This document shows, one piece after another, positions 46,621 to 55,870 of a stretch of DNA of 64,000 nucleotides (position 1 is the first letter of the stretch; each line of letters begins with the position of its first letter). The notes beneath the pieces were generated by a model that worked only from the letters and a program-made list of their open reading frames with translations, did not search any database and was not told where the DNA came from. This stretch comes from a virus. The DNA lies in IMG/VR virus record IMGVR_UViG_3300013117_000371; one strand, given 5' to 3'. Both the position numbers and the translations under genes were made by a program.

Positions 46621-47141
46621 TCCCCCTGCTTCAAGCCCTCAAGTCCGGTACTTTACTGAAGTTCTACCAGGAAGACGACCATAACGTCGTCGCCCTTATA
46701 TACTTCCTGGAGCACTGGGGGTTCGTCACTCTCACCATTGAAGACGGCTTGCTGACCGTGGAGATGCCGCCGGAGAAGCGGGAAGCCTTCTCCCCCCAGC
46801 GAGTATTGGCGCTATTCCAGAAGGAGAACGTTCATGCCAACACTGTGGTACTGAAGACCCCCTCCCGGTTCTCCTCCGAGGTATTTGAGGATGTGCCCCA
46901 ACCTTCACTGGCTGCTATTCCCGGGGCTTTTTACGGGGCTGCTTTCGGGCTGCCTAAGGGGCTGACTTTTACCTGCCGAGGTAGGGACGTTGCAGTCACT
47001 GAGAAGGGAAGAAGAGGCGACACTACCCACTACCTGGCGGTAGGGCCGGAAGAGTTTATCATTTGGTTGGAGCACAAGGGGAGCGCTGTTGCCGCGATGT
47101 ACGGAGTTCCTACTATTTCCTCAATGCTGCGGGGGCCCTAG
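46617..47141 (+). CDS. hypothetical protein, third gene of the chaperonin operon
   Basis: ATGA overlap with groEL; stop overlaps the tube gene stop. Confidence 0.7.
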   Translation: MIPLLQALKSGTLLKFYQEDDHNVVALIYFLEHWGFVTLTIEDGLLTVEMPPEKREAFSPQRVLALFQKENVHANTVVLKTPSRFSSEVFEDVPQPSLAAIPGAFYGAAFGLPKGLTFTCRGRDVAVTEKGRRGDTTHYLAVGPEEFIIWLEHKGSAVAAMYGVPTISSMLRGP

Positions 47142-47818
47142 TAGGGAGTGTCCAGGATACCCTGCATCAAGTCTTCGTAGTCAACTCCATCCACCGGCAT
47201 CACCCGCTCATAGTCGATAGTCACCGACTCCTGAATGATGACGCCCTGGGCATTGAAACCCAAGTTGTAGGACGGTGTCACGGCCTCCTCGAAGTAGGAC
47301 TTCACCAGCAGGTTCCCTAGGTTGTCATAGATTTGCATGAACAACCCGAAGCACCGATCGAAGAAGTCCGACTCGAGATTGTAGAGGTAGTTGTTGTACC
47401 CCGGGGCGATAGTCGGTAACCCGTACGCCGGATTCGGCTCCGCCGTCTGTGAAGTGGTGGTGAACAGTTGCTGACTGTCCTTATCTTGCCACACGGCGAA
47501 CAGCTTCCTCATGATATTGGGTCCGGAGTAGTACACATCCGTGAGAGTCACCCCTCCGGCCGTGTGGCCGAAAACTACGTAGCTGCGCTTCGAGCCGATC
47601 TCGTAGAAGCGGGCCACCCCCTTCGTTTGCCCCCAGGAGAAGTCCTGCGCCAGCCCAATGGGGAACACGGAGTCGGCAATATTGCTGTTGTCCGTGATGT
47701 CCGCCAAGTGCGGTGGCCCGGAGCCCAGCAACGTGAACGTTGCCGAGGCGTGCTTGCCTTCTTTCATCCCGCCTTGCACCGTCTTGGTCAGCGGGTTCCA
47801 GCTATCCTGTCGCGCCAT
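47138..47818 (-). CDS. tail tube protein
   Basis: IGLAQDFS..Q.......YEIGS.R.Y motif; directly follows the sheath. Confidence 0.75.
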   Translation of the reverse strand: MARQDSWNPLTKTVQGGMKEGKHASATFTLLGSGPPHLADITDNSNIADSVFPIGLAQDFSWGQTKGVARFYEIGSKRSYVVFGHTAGGVTLTDVYYSGPNIMRKLFAVWQDKDSQQLFTTTSQTAEPNPAYGLPTIAPGYNNYLYNLESDFFDRCFGLFMQIYDNLGNLLVKSYFEEAVTPSYNLGFNAQGVIIQESVTIDYERVMPVDGVDYEDLMQGILDTPY

Positions 47819-47830
47819 GTTGTGTCCTCC

Positions 47831-50800
47831 CTATGCAATGATGTACACGAACACTCCGCCCAGCGGAATGAACACGTTCGCCTCTAGAATAATGTTGTGC
47901 ACGTTGATGAGGGTGGCGTGGTTGCTCAAGTCCTCAATCCTCCCCGATACCCCCTCCCTGGCGGTCGCCCACGCTTCAATGGCCGCTGCGACCTCCGTAT
48001 TCTGCGCACCCAGGGTAGCGTCCCCCGTGTTCTTCTTACGCCAGTTGCGCAGGGCGCTCCTGACCCGGAGGGCCAAAGAGTCCAACTGCGAAGTGACTGA
48101 GAACTCGGAGTTCTTCACCGCCGAAGTGTCCGTGGTGAACTGTCGACAGACCTCCACCGTCCCCTCTGCGTCCCCATTCATAAGGAAGAACAGCCCGGTA
48201 ATGCGGTCCAGGTCGGGGAACAGGTCGTCCGTCCCGTACGCGTGCAACAAGCCGGGGATGGTGTACCCCGAGAACGGGAACTCAACCTTGTGGGCCAATG
48301 CGTAGCCACCCACTGCGGCGGCGCCGTAGTAGTTGGCTACGTTGGTGGTCACCCCGTTGACATCCACGTCTACGGACTCGGAAGGCAAGAGGCAGATACG
48401 CCGACTGGCGAACGTTGCCGCTTCGGCCTGGAGCGCCTCCAACATGGCGTCCGTGTCGTCGGCGTCAATTGCATCCCCTCGTTGGTACAGAGAGACATCC
48501 GCACCGGAAACTACCGGCGGGGTCTCCGTGCTGTAGAACGCATCGGTGTTCTCCGTGGCCCCAAACACAAGGATGACCAGGGCCGTGTTGGCATCGGTGT
48601 CCACCGAACTGACCAGGTACTTGTGCAGCGCCTCCGCCGAGGAGGCCCCGCCCCCTGAAACCTGGAGGTACACCCCATCCGCCGTGGTCAGCGTCTCCGG
48701 GTCGATGCCGCCGGCCGTGAGGACCGCTGCCAAGGAGAAGAGGGACTGGTCGAAGATCAGGGTGGTCTCCGCCCCCAACTCGTTGTCCAGGCAGTTGGCC
48801 CCGCTCCCCAGCGTGGTCGAGTACTCCTCGTCCGGAATGTCCGACGTCAGCAAGGTCACGGCTTCACGCCGGCTCTCCGGCAGCGCCATGGTGCTGATGA
48901 AAGACCCAAGGACTTGATTGATGACGCTGTCGTCCGTCAGCGGCACGATGATCCAGTCCGGGTACTTCTCCATGATGGGGACACAGGCCAAGTACCCCGC
49001 CACGTCGTCGGAGGGCACACCCAGCACGTAGAATTCGTACAGCCCGCCGGAGGCGAGCATGGCCATGTAGGCTGCCCAACCCAGGGGGTTCTCCAAGGGG
49101 GCAATCGGGTCGAGTTTGTCTAGCAAATCGGCCGCCCCCGAGATCTTGGTGCGGTCCCGGGCGTACGTCGGTGAGATGTCCAAGCGCAACGCTGAGTAGC
49201 TGGCGTAGAGGTTGTACGACGGGTTGACCGGGGATCGGCCGTAGCTGTCCACGATGACGTCGTTGTACAACGTGATGAGGTCCTCGGTGGAGTCGATGAG
49301 GATGCTCGGGAAGGGCTTGGTGGCCCCCGTTGAGTCCTCACAGCCCCGAGCTTCGAGGTACCAATACACGAAGGTGTCCGTCAACCCGAAGATGCTCCCC
49401 GTCTCCAGGGCAGCGAAGGTGAACGACTGCTGCGCCGCTACTACGTCCCCGACCGTGGTAATGGTGGTGTTGGAAGACAGCAGGACGCTTTGCACCGTGC
49501 CCTGCGCCCACAGGCGGTCGTCCACCTGTGCCATGTACGGGGCGCCGTGGTGACGATGGCCGGTGAAATTGGAAGCGGCCAACTGCGAAATGATGTCGAT
49601 GTCGCGGTAGGTGATACCCTCCCCGATGATGGGCAGGAAGGAAGTGGTAGGTTGGTCCAGGTGGAGCACCAAGTCTGTGCCGTCCACCACTATCCTGAGA
49701 ATGGTGGCAGTGGCAGTGCCGCCGTTCAAACGGACGGTGTCTCCTTCCACTACGCCGCCTGCATCAGCGGCGGCGACTACCAAGGTAGTGGCCGTAGTGC
49801 CCAACTTGGTGGCAACGGCCAGGATGGTGTCCTTGATGAACAACTTGTTCAAGCAGTTCGAGCCATAAATGACCAAGCTCGACTTGAACCCGAGCAGGTC
49901 CACTGCCGTGGTCGGGCCGGTCAGCACCAGGAAGTTCCCAGTCCCGTCCTTGGCGGCAATGGTGATGCCCGGGAAGGCGGCATTGATGGCCGTAATCACA
50001 TCGTCGATGTCGTCTGCATCCTGGAAGGTTACCCGAGTGCGGATGCCTCCCTCTACGGCCAGGTCGATGTAATCGCCGGTGGCCATAGCAATAGGCGCAA
50101 TGCTGTTGCTATGGTCCCCAATGACCAGGAACTCACCACCGGGCTCGTTGGTGCCGTCCGCTCCAGCGAAGGAGAGGGGGTCTTCTCCACCTCCCAGGTA
50201 AAGCTCCACAGTGCCGTCCCACAAGGTTACGGCGGTAGTCCCGGCAGCCCCAGTGAGGAGCTCCACGTAGACCATGTCGCTGGCCACGGCGTGCGCCTCG
50301 ATGGCAGCAATGACGTCGGCCAGGGTCTGCGTCCCGGTGATGGTGATCGTAATCTGATTTCCAACTACCGCCACCACGGTGGCGTCCGGCCCGGCCCCTA
50401 CAGTCACGACGAGGTTGACGTTGTTGCCCGCGGCGCCGTGGTAATCACCGATCTGACCGGTCAGGTAGCTCCCGTCCACAGCGTCCAGGACACCCTTGGC
50501 TTGCACCTTGAAGCCATTGACGGCATCGACAGGAGTCGCCAGGACGTAGCCGATGGCGTCATCCCCCGGCCCCCAGAACTTGGTGACAAAGCCCCCCTCG
50601 GGGTCCCAGGGGCGCAGAGTGGTTGCAGACCACGAGTATGGGGAGTACCCACCCACCACCACTGCCACGGCGTTTTCGTCGAGCAGGCGCTTGGAGCTGG
50701 GGCGGTAGTACCCGTTGCGTTCGAAGGCGGTGTCCTCGTCGAAAGTGAACGTCGTCCCTGCCATATTGGCATAGACGGAGATGGACGACTCATCCAGTAC

Positions 50801-51337
50801 GCATTGGTCCAGGATGCCCCTGGGGTCCGGCAAGGTGGTGAACGGGGCTTCTATGCGCTGTTCTGTGTAAGACCCGTACCCGTACGTCATCTCCCCCGCC
50901 GTGAGGCCGAAGTCGGCAGCAATGCCCCCCGTCACCCGCAGGGAGGCCGAAGCCCCGGTCCGGGTGGTGCGGATGCCCAGGAAGGTCGTGTTGACGATGA
51001 ACGCTGTAATGCCAGTGACATCAGCGTTCAGTTTGGCCACCACCTGGCCGATAGACCAAGTTCCGGCAGCGAAGGAGACCTGTGTCTCCGCCCCATTCAC
51101 AAAGATGCTGCCGGTATGCCCTCCCGGGTTCTCCATGGCCGTACTACCGATCAAGGTGGCCGGTCCGGACAACAAAGCGTCTACGTCGAAGGCCCCGTCA
51201 CTGTCGAATGCCTCCACCACGTAGTAGGCTGGGCCTACCAGGAGGAGATTCTTCCTGGGGGCGGTAATCACGGGCGTCGCCGCCTGGATACCAAAAGTGA
51301 TTTGTACGCCACCGTAAGTCAGTTTGTTCACAGCCAT
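47831..51337 (-). CDS. contractile tail sheath protein with inserted domains (1168 aa)
   Basis: LLLVGP N-terminus; C-terminal sheath core (IIVPLT, RQFTTD....EFSV...LD.L...VR, V.IPLGGVFVYI). Confidence 0.8.
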   Translation of the reverse strand: MAVNKLTYGGVQITFGIQAATPVITAPRKNLLLVGPAYYVVEAFDSDGAFDVDALLSGPATLIGSTAMENPGGHTGSIFVNGAETQVSFAAGTWSIGQVVAKLNADVTGITAFIVNTTFLGIRTTRTGASASLRVTGGIAADFGLTAGEMTYGYGSYTEQRIEAPFTTLPDPRGILDQCVLDESSISVYANMAGTTFTFDEDTAFERNGYYRPSSKRLLDENAVAVVVGGYSPYSWSATTLRPWDPEGGFVTKFWGPGDDAIGYVLATPVDAVNGFKVQAKGVLDAVDGSYLTGQIGDYHGAAGNNVNLVVTVGAGPDATVVAVVGNQITITITGTQTLADVIAAIEAHAVASDMVYVELLTGAAGTTAVTLWDGTVELYLGGGEDPLSFAGADGTNEPGGEFLVIGDHSNSIAPIAMATGDYIDLAVEGGIRTRVTFQDADDIDDVITAINAAFPGITIAAKDGTGNFLVLTGPTTAVDLLGFKSSLVIYGSNCLNKLFIKDTILAVATKLGTTATTLVVAAADAGGVVEGDTVRLNGGTATATILRIVVDGTDLVLHLDQPTTSFLPIIGEGITYRDIDIISQLAASNFTGHRHHGAPYMAQVDDRLWAQGTVQSVLLSSNTTITTVGDVVAAQQSFTFAALETGSIFGLTDTFVYWYLEARGCEDSTGATKPFPSILIDSTEDLITLYNDVIVDSYGRSPVNPSYNLYASYSALRLDISPTYARDRTKISGAADLLDKLDPIAPLENPLGWAAYMAMLASGGLYEFYVLGVPSDDVAGYLACVPIMEKYPDWIIVPLTDDSVINQVLGSFISTMALPESRREAVTLLTSDIPDEEYSTTLGSGANCLDNELGAETTLIFDQSLFSLAAVLTAGGIDPETLTTADGVYLQVSGGGASSAEALHKYLVSSVDTDANTALVILVFGATENTDAFYSTETPPVVSGADVSLYQRGDAIDADDTDAMLEALQAEAATFASRRICLLPSESVDVDVNGVTTNVANYYGAAAVGGYALAHKVEFPFSGYTIPGLLHAYGTDDLFPDLDRITGLFFLMNGDAEGTVEVCRQFTTDTSAVKNSEFSVTSQLDSLALRVRSALRNWRKKNTGDATLGAQNTEVAAAIEAWATAREGVSGRIEDLSNHATLINVHNIILEANVFIPLGGVFVYIIA

Positions 51338-51340
51338 GGT

Positions 51341-52144
51341 TTATTCCTCCGTCAACTCGGTTTGCTGTTCCAAGCAACCCTCTTCGGCTTCCTCGTCCGC
51401 CAACGGGTCGTCTACAAGGACATTCCCCCGGTAGCGTCTCTGGTGGACCACAACATCAAGCATGTCTTTCGGGGTGTTGCCAAGGATGAAGCGGTTGGTT
51501 CTGCGGGTTTCGGGTTCGGGCAACGCCGCTGTAATCGTCATTGTAACATTCTTCAGCAGCGTGTCAAAGAGTGATCCCTTTTCTCGCGAAACATCTAGCC
51601 CTACCATGACGGAGCAAGGCAAATTAATTATCCCAGTGGGGTAGGCCGAGCCGCTCTTCGCCTGCGTCAAGCCGTACGCCCTTACAGGGGACCCGGGAAA
51701 AGAAATCCCTGTCCTTTTCCCGATCAGGGAAGGGAACGTCGGGATCATGGTGAACACCGTCGCCGTGATGTCCTTCATTTCGTCCACGTCCTCGGCCACT
51801 ACCTGCGCTACCAACGTGAAAGTTTCCGGTGACTTCAGCTGCTTGTGCCCCCGAGTCCTCTCCCACAAGGCGATGGCGGCGGCGTTCATACTCTGCCACT
51901 GAGCTGGCCCCTCATGGACGAAAATCGCCGGCAGTTTTTCCACATCTTCCGGGTCGATTGACCCATCCACGTTCCCTTCAGCGATGATAATGTCCGTGTT
52001 GTTCCTGTCCTCCACCCACTTGTACCCAAAGAACCCCTCCTTGAACACGCCTTGGAGGAAGGCGAGGAGCCCCTTCAGGGCCAACGCGGAGGAGTCCCTA
52101 CCTAAGACGTTCAAGCGATTCAGGTTCTTGCCGGTACGTTCCAC
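51341..52144 (-). CDS. tail terminator / completion protein
   Basis: L.FLQG.F, IIIAE, KLPAIFV.EGP.QW; between neck and sheath. Confidence 0.55.
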   Translation of the reverse strand: MERTGKNLNRLNVLGRDSSALALKGLLAFLQGVFKEGFFGYKWVEDRNNTDIIIAEGNVDGSIDPEDVEKLPAIFVHEGPAQWQSMNAAAIALWERTRGHKQLKSPETFTLVAQVVAEDVDEMKDITATVFTMIPTFPSLIGKRTGISFPGSPVRAYGLTQAKSGSAYPTGIINLPCSVMVGLDVSREKGSLFDTLLKNVTMTITAALPEPETRRTNRFILGNTPKDMLDVVVHQRRYRGNVLVDDPLADEEAEEGCLEQQTELTEE

Positions 52145-52327
52145 TTACTTCCCCAACAATGGGAGCTTGGCCCCTTCTTTCAGGCGCTTCCGCACCAGGA
52201 TCTTGAGCCGTCGCAGGCCCAAACTCCTGTACTTAAGGTGTAGAAGAGCAACCGGAAGCGCCACTGCCACTCCTGCCGCCCCCGCCAGTTGCCCACGAGT
52301 AAAAGGCGCCCTTTTCCTCTCCTTCAT
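52145..52327 (-). CDS. small basic protein with a hydrophobic glycine/alanine segment
   Basis: GQLAGAAGVAVALPVALL flanked by K/R. Confidence 0.55.
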   Translation of the reverse strand: MKERKRAPFTRGQLAGAAGVAVALPVALLHLKYRSLGLRRLKILVRKRLKEGAKLPLLGK

Positions 52328-53094
52328 GATACTCGCTCCACCATCAACTTTGCCGGTTTCTCCAACAGGCCGAGGTCCGCCGGGAGTTGGTGCAAGATGT
52401 TGTCCGCTGGCACCGGAGACGCCGTAATAGCGTGTTTCACCAACGCCCCCTCGAACCGGAGCATCTCCACCCCCGCCACAATGAACCTGTCATTCGTGGA
52501 ATCAACGAAGACGTCCCCCTTACGCAGGGGAAAAATACCAGGGAGCATTGCCCGCAGACTTCGCCCGGTAGCCCTGGAGGTCTCTGGGCCTTCGTCCTGC
52601 TTGGGGGTGTGCTTGATGGGTAGCACTATCGGGTTGAAGAAACCCCCAACGAAGCCCTTGCCGAAACAAGCGAGGCACTTCGTATTCTTCCTGCCCCGAG
52701 TGGCGTCATAACAGGAGCACCGCTGACCAAATGTCTTCACCGGGTAGTACAAGACGAACGCCTTCCCATAGTAGAGGTCCATATAGAGGAGCCGCCGCAC
52801 TTCGGCAATCGCCAACGTCTCTTCCGGAGCAATCGACACTCCTCCCGAAGTTGGGTAGTACGTGTCGGTCCCGTCAACCACCTCACGGAGCCGGTAGTAG
52901 TAGCGGGCCCCTCTCTTAATCGCAGTGTCCTGGTAGTTGTTGCGGTCCGTGAGGGGGCCGGCCAGTTCTGTGAAGGGCCCCGTGTACGACCCGGCCCGTT
53001 CCACGTACACCTCTATCGGCCGGTGGGAGCTCTGCAAGCCTTCCCACTGGAGGGTAACCATTGCCGGTCCTGTCCGTACCACCTTGATGCCCAC
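52324..53094 (-). CDS. head closure / neck protein with FN3-like N-terminus
   Basis: LQWE...YYYRL (FN3-like); CSCYD...CLACFG.GFVGGF; GDVFVD...RF.V head-closure-type motif. Confidence 0.65.
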   Translation of the reverse strand: MGIKVVRTGPAMVTLQWEGLQSSHRPIEVYVERAGSYTGPFTELAGPLTDRNNYQDTAIKRGARYYYRLREVVDGTDTYYPTSGGVSIAPEETLAIAEVRRLLYMDLYYGKAFVLYYPVKTFGQRCSCYDATRGRKNTKCLACFGKGFVGGFFNPIVLPIKHTPKQDEGPETSRATGRSLRAMLPGIFPLRKGDVFVDSTNDRFIVAGVEMLRFEGALVKHAITASPVPADNILHQLPADLGLLEKPAKLMVERVS

Positions 53095-53098
53095 TTCA

Positions 53099-53554
53099 TC
53101 ACCAATTGTTTCCGTAGTACGAGCTGCCCACTGAGCCCGAGTACGCGATGGAGTCCATCAATGCTCGTGCCTTCTTCGCCTCTTTCAGCTCCGGGAGGAC
53201 CTCGGCCCGCAGTTCCTGAATGGTCCTCCGAATGTAGTCCCGCTGCGTCTTAGTCGCCGCCACTCCCCCAGGGTCTGACACCTCTAGGGCGTTCCGCTCC
53301 AACAAGTACAACAGGCTGCGCAAAAGACGGATGATGCTTAAATCGATGAGGTACCTACGGAACGGGCAGTCCACGAAAGTATACTCGGTAAGCGGGGGGG
53401 TGCTGTTCAACCAGTCGAGTGCCTCTTCCAGTGCTTTTACGCGGTCTTCATCCTTGTGCTCCTCCCCCTCAATAAGGGCGTTCAGATCGGGCCGGTCCCG
53501 CATTGTCGCCTTGACGGCTTCAACGTAGCTCTGGAGGGGGCTATCCGTGGACAT
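53099..53554 (-). CDS. head-tail adaptor (neck) protein
   Basis: VKA.MRD.P.LN.LIEGEE...AL..AL..LN.TPP helical bundle; third gene downstream of the capsid gene. Confidence 0.6.
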   Translation of the reverse strand: MSTDSPLQSYVEAVKATMRDRPDLNALIEGEEHKDEDRVKALEEALDWLNSTPPLTEYTFVDCPFRRYLIDLSIIRLLRSLLYLLERNALEVSDPGGVAATKTQRDYIRRTIQELRAEVLPELKEAKKARALMDSIAYSGSVGSSYYGNNW

Positions 53555-53857
53555 TTACCCCTCCTCGGGAACCTTCTTTTTCGCCGGGGGCTTTTTTCTC
53601 TTTCGGGGTTTGCTTTGTCTGGAGGGGGCTTTCTTTCCAGGCTCTTCCGCTTCGGGGAGGGGGGTCGATTTTTTCCGTGCAGGCGCTTCAACAACTTCAG
53701 CAGCCGGAGGGTGCGGTTGCAGCTTCTTGGTGGTGTACCGGGCAGCTTCGCCCCTGGTTGTCCAAAAGGACCCACCAGGGGGGATCATCCCCCCCTTCAC
53801 CATGAGAGGAAAATTGCCATGGTTCCACAACTGGATAGGTTCGTCCCGCTTAGCCAT
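53555..53857 (-). CDS. small head-associated protein with basic tail
   Basis: 100 aa; K/P-rich C-terminus. Confidence 0.65.
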   Translation of the reverse strand: MAKRDEPIQLWNHGNFPLMVKGGMIPPGGSFWTTRGEAARYTTKKLQPHPPAAEVVEAPARKKSTPLPEAEEPGKKAPSRQSKPRKRKKPPAKKKVPEEG

Positions 53858-54689
53858 CTTTCTGCATCAGCCTCCTACCAAACTTGACTAGTTCGTTGCG
53901 CCGCATCGCCTCCAAATCCTCCCGCTCATAACCGCATTGGTCAAGCCAGTCGACCAAGTCGGCCTTGTTCATCCGATGCGGCGGCTTGGGCGGAGCGACG
54001 ATAGGGGTCTCCTCATCCGCCTGCTCCTCGGAGGATTCCACCCACGCCTCGTTCACATCAGGCGTTTCCGGGTCGTCTCCTGCGTATCTCCCCTCCTCGT
54101 CCCGAGCTCGCTTTCCCTTCTTCCCCTTTTTGCCCTTGCCTGGTTCAGATTCAGGTTTGGGCTCAGGCTTGGCCTCAGGCTTGGCCTCAGGCTTGGGCTC
54201 AGGCTTGGGCTCAGGCTTGGCCTCAGGCTTGGCCTCAGGTTTGGGCTCAGGTTTGGGCTTGGGTTTGGGCTTGGGTTTGGGAGGGGTAGGCGCCACCGGC
54301 TCTGGCACGGGGGCAGGAACCGACTCCGACTTCGCCGGTGGAGGTGAGTCTTCTGGAGGTTCCTTGGCGGGGACCTCCTCCAGTTCGAGTTTTGGGGCTG
54401 CCCCCCGACTCAACGTGGGCACCAAACTCGACACTTCCCGCACCAAATGGAGTAACTGCCGGGGCTGTGCCTCCTCCCCTTTGTACTCAACGCGGATGGC
54501 GTCAGCCCGAATCAACGTGTTGATGATTGTGACGTTGTCCGCTATGAAGATCGACGTAACGGAGACACCTCGTGTGGGAATCAGAATACCCCCGACCCGT
54601 GGGCGCAAGGGGCTGCCGGGAAGGGTAAGCAAGCGCTTCCACTTACCCTTCCCAGGCTTTGGGTTTCCGGTTTTGAATAGACGAAACAT
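53850..54689 (-). CDS. head-associated protein with PK/EAKP repeats, RARDEEG..GDDPETPDVNEAW motif and C-terminal HeH/Rho-N-like domain
   Basis: Gene right after the MCP; C-terminal MNKADLVDWLDQCG.....MRRNELV. Confidence 0.7.
   Translation of the reverse strand: MFRLFKTGNPKPGKGKWKRLLTLPGSPLRPRVGGILIPTRGVSVTSIFIADNVTIINTLIRADAIRVEYKGEEAQPRQLLHLVREVSSLVPTLSRGAAPKLELEEVPAKEPPEDSPPPAKSESVPAPVPEPVAPTPPKPKPKPKPKPEPKPEAKPEAKPEPKPEPKPEAKPEAKPEPKPESEPGKGKKGKKGKRARDEEGRYAGDDPETPDVNEAWVESSEEQADEETPIVAPPKPPHRMNKADLVDWLDQCGYEREDLEAMRRNELVKFGRRLMQKDG
54151..54281. repeat. 12-bp coding tandem repeat with 48-bp higher-order unit
   Basis: ctcaggcttgg[g/c] units encoding (PK)n then (EPKP EAKP EAKP EPKP)x2. 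Confidence 0.9.
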
Positions 54690-54703
54690 GTCACCCCCTT
54701 CGT

Positions 54704-55861
54704 CTATGAGGCGGTGAACCTCGGCAGCCAGTCTCCGGTGTCGACTCGGTTGTTCCGGATGACATCGTCCTCAACCTTTGGGCGGACCACGGCGAAGCCG
54801 GTGTCCTCGTAGGTCGGGGTACTCGAAGCAGAGTAGCACTCCATCTTCTTCAACCCAGCCAGATTGCCGAAGCCGAGCCCGATGTACATCCAGGCAAACA
54901 TCTCGACCCGGGTGCCTCTCTTGTCCTGGTAGGTCTTGACGCCTTCCAGTTGGAAGTAACGACCCAGGTGCGACCACGGCGAGAAGCCGTAGACGTTGCC
55001 CAGACGGAGCCAGCGGTGCTTGCCCGTACGAACCACCCGCATGTCCTTGAACTTGCGGTAGCCCTTGGTGGTCTCCACCGTGTTCTTGACCGTGACATCC
55101 CCCACTTCCTCAATCGTCCAGTCGCTGGCACGATTGAAGTCGTGGTTGGTCATGAGCACAATGGCCCCAACCAACTGCTCCCCCTCATTCGTGTTGAACG
55201 AGTTCTGGAAGTCGGTGAAGTCGGTCTTCCGCAAGGGCGTCACTTCCCAGGTGTCAGCAACTGCGCCTGCTGCGTCCACCACCTCCTTCGCTGCGGCACT
55301 CTTGTAGACTGAGTACTCGGTCACGGTGCCGTCGTCGATGTTGGTGTTGTTCAGACCGTTGGCGGCGTTCCCCGCCGTGTAGTCCTTGAACAGGAACCAC
55401 ACCGCCGTCTCGATGTTGATCACGAAGGAGCGGTCTTTGGCGTCCGCCAACGCATCGCCCAGGTCCCTTTTCAGGTGCTTGGTGATGGGTCGCCGGGACA
55501 TCCGGATCTCGTCCGTGTCGTACACCGCAGTTGCCGTCTGAATCTTCTGGATCGTGATGGCATACTTCGGCTGCCGCACGGCCTCATTCCGAGTGCTGCC
55601 GGTGAAGTCCACCGGCATGCCCCACTGGCCATCCGTGATCTCGTCGATGATGATCGGCGAGGTGGTATTGACGGACCTTTCACAGTCCTCGTTGGTGATC
55701 GGCTCCGGCTCCTTGACAGCGTCCAGGAATGAACCTTCCCGAATGTGGTCTTCGATGTACTGCCTGTTCAGCGCAGCCACCTTGGCAAGACCCTCCCCTG
55801 GTTCGTCGAAGGAGTCGGCCCAGCGCTCATTCATCTCACGAATTTCGTGATCTCTCAGCAT
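54704..55861 (-). CDS. major capsid protein (HK97 fold probable, 385 aa)
   Basis: IREGSF...KEPEPI, P..F.G, I.K.QT....D.DE, L..A.D..F pattern; position after scaffold/decoration genes and before neck genes. Confidence 0.75.
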   Translation of the reverse strand: MLRDHEIREMNERWADSFDEPGEGLAKVAALNRQYIEDHIREGSFLDAVKEPEPITNEDCERSVNTTSPIIIDEITDGQWGMPVDFTGSTRNEAVRQPKYAITIQKIQTATAVYDTDEIRMSRRPITKHLKRDLGDALADAKDRSFVINIETAVWFLFKDYTAGNAANGLNNTNIDDGTVTEYSVYKSAAAKEVVDAAGAVADTWEVTPLRKTDFTDFQNSFNTNEGEQLVGAIVLMTNHDFNRASDWTIEEVGDVTVKNTVETTKGYRKFKDMRVVRTGKHRWLRLGNVYGFSPWSHLGRYFQLEGVKTYQDKRGTRVEMFAWMYIGLGFGNLAGLKKMECYSASSTPTYEDTGFAVVRPKVEDDVIRNNRVDTGDWLPRFTAS

Positions 55862-55870
55862 GGTCCCCTC

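Noticed and set aside
49490-51574. 694-aa + strand ORF and similar long antisense ORFs (3588-4751, 3959-5023, 9951-10985, 17157-18200, 55745-56791)
   Set aside because: Shadows of real genes on the other strand in GC-rich DNA; no RBS, no motifs, atypical composition.
8871-53554. Extracellular contractile injection system, tailocin or T6SS interpretation
   Set aside because: Capsid, prohead protease, neck and terminase genes are contiguous with the tail genes, so this is a phage.
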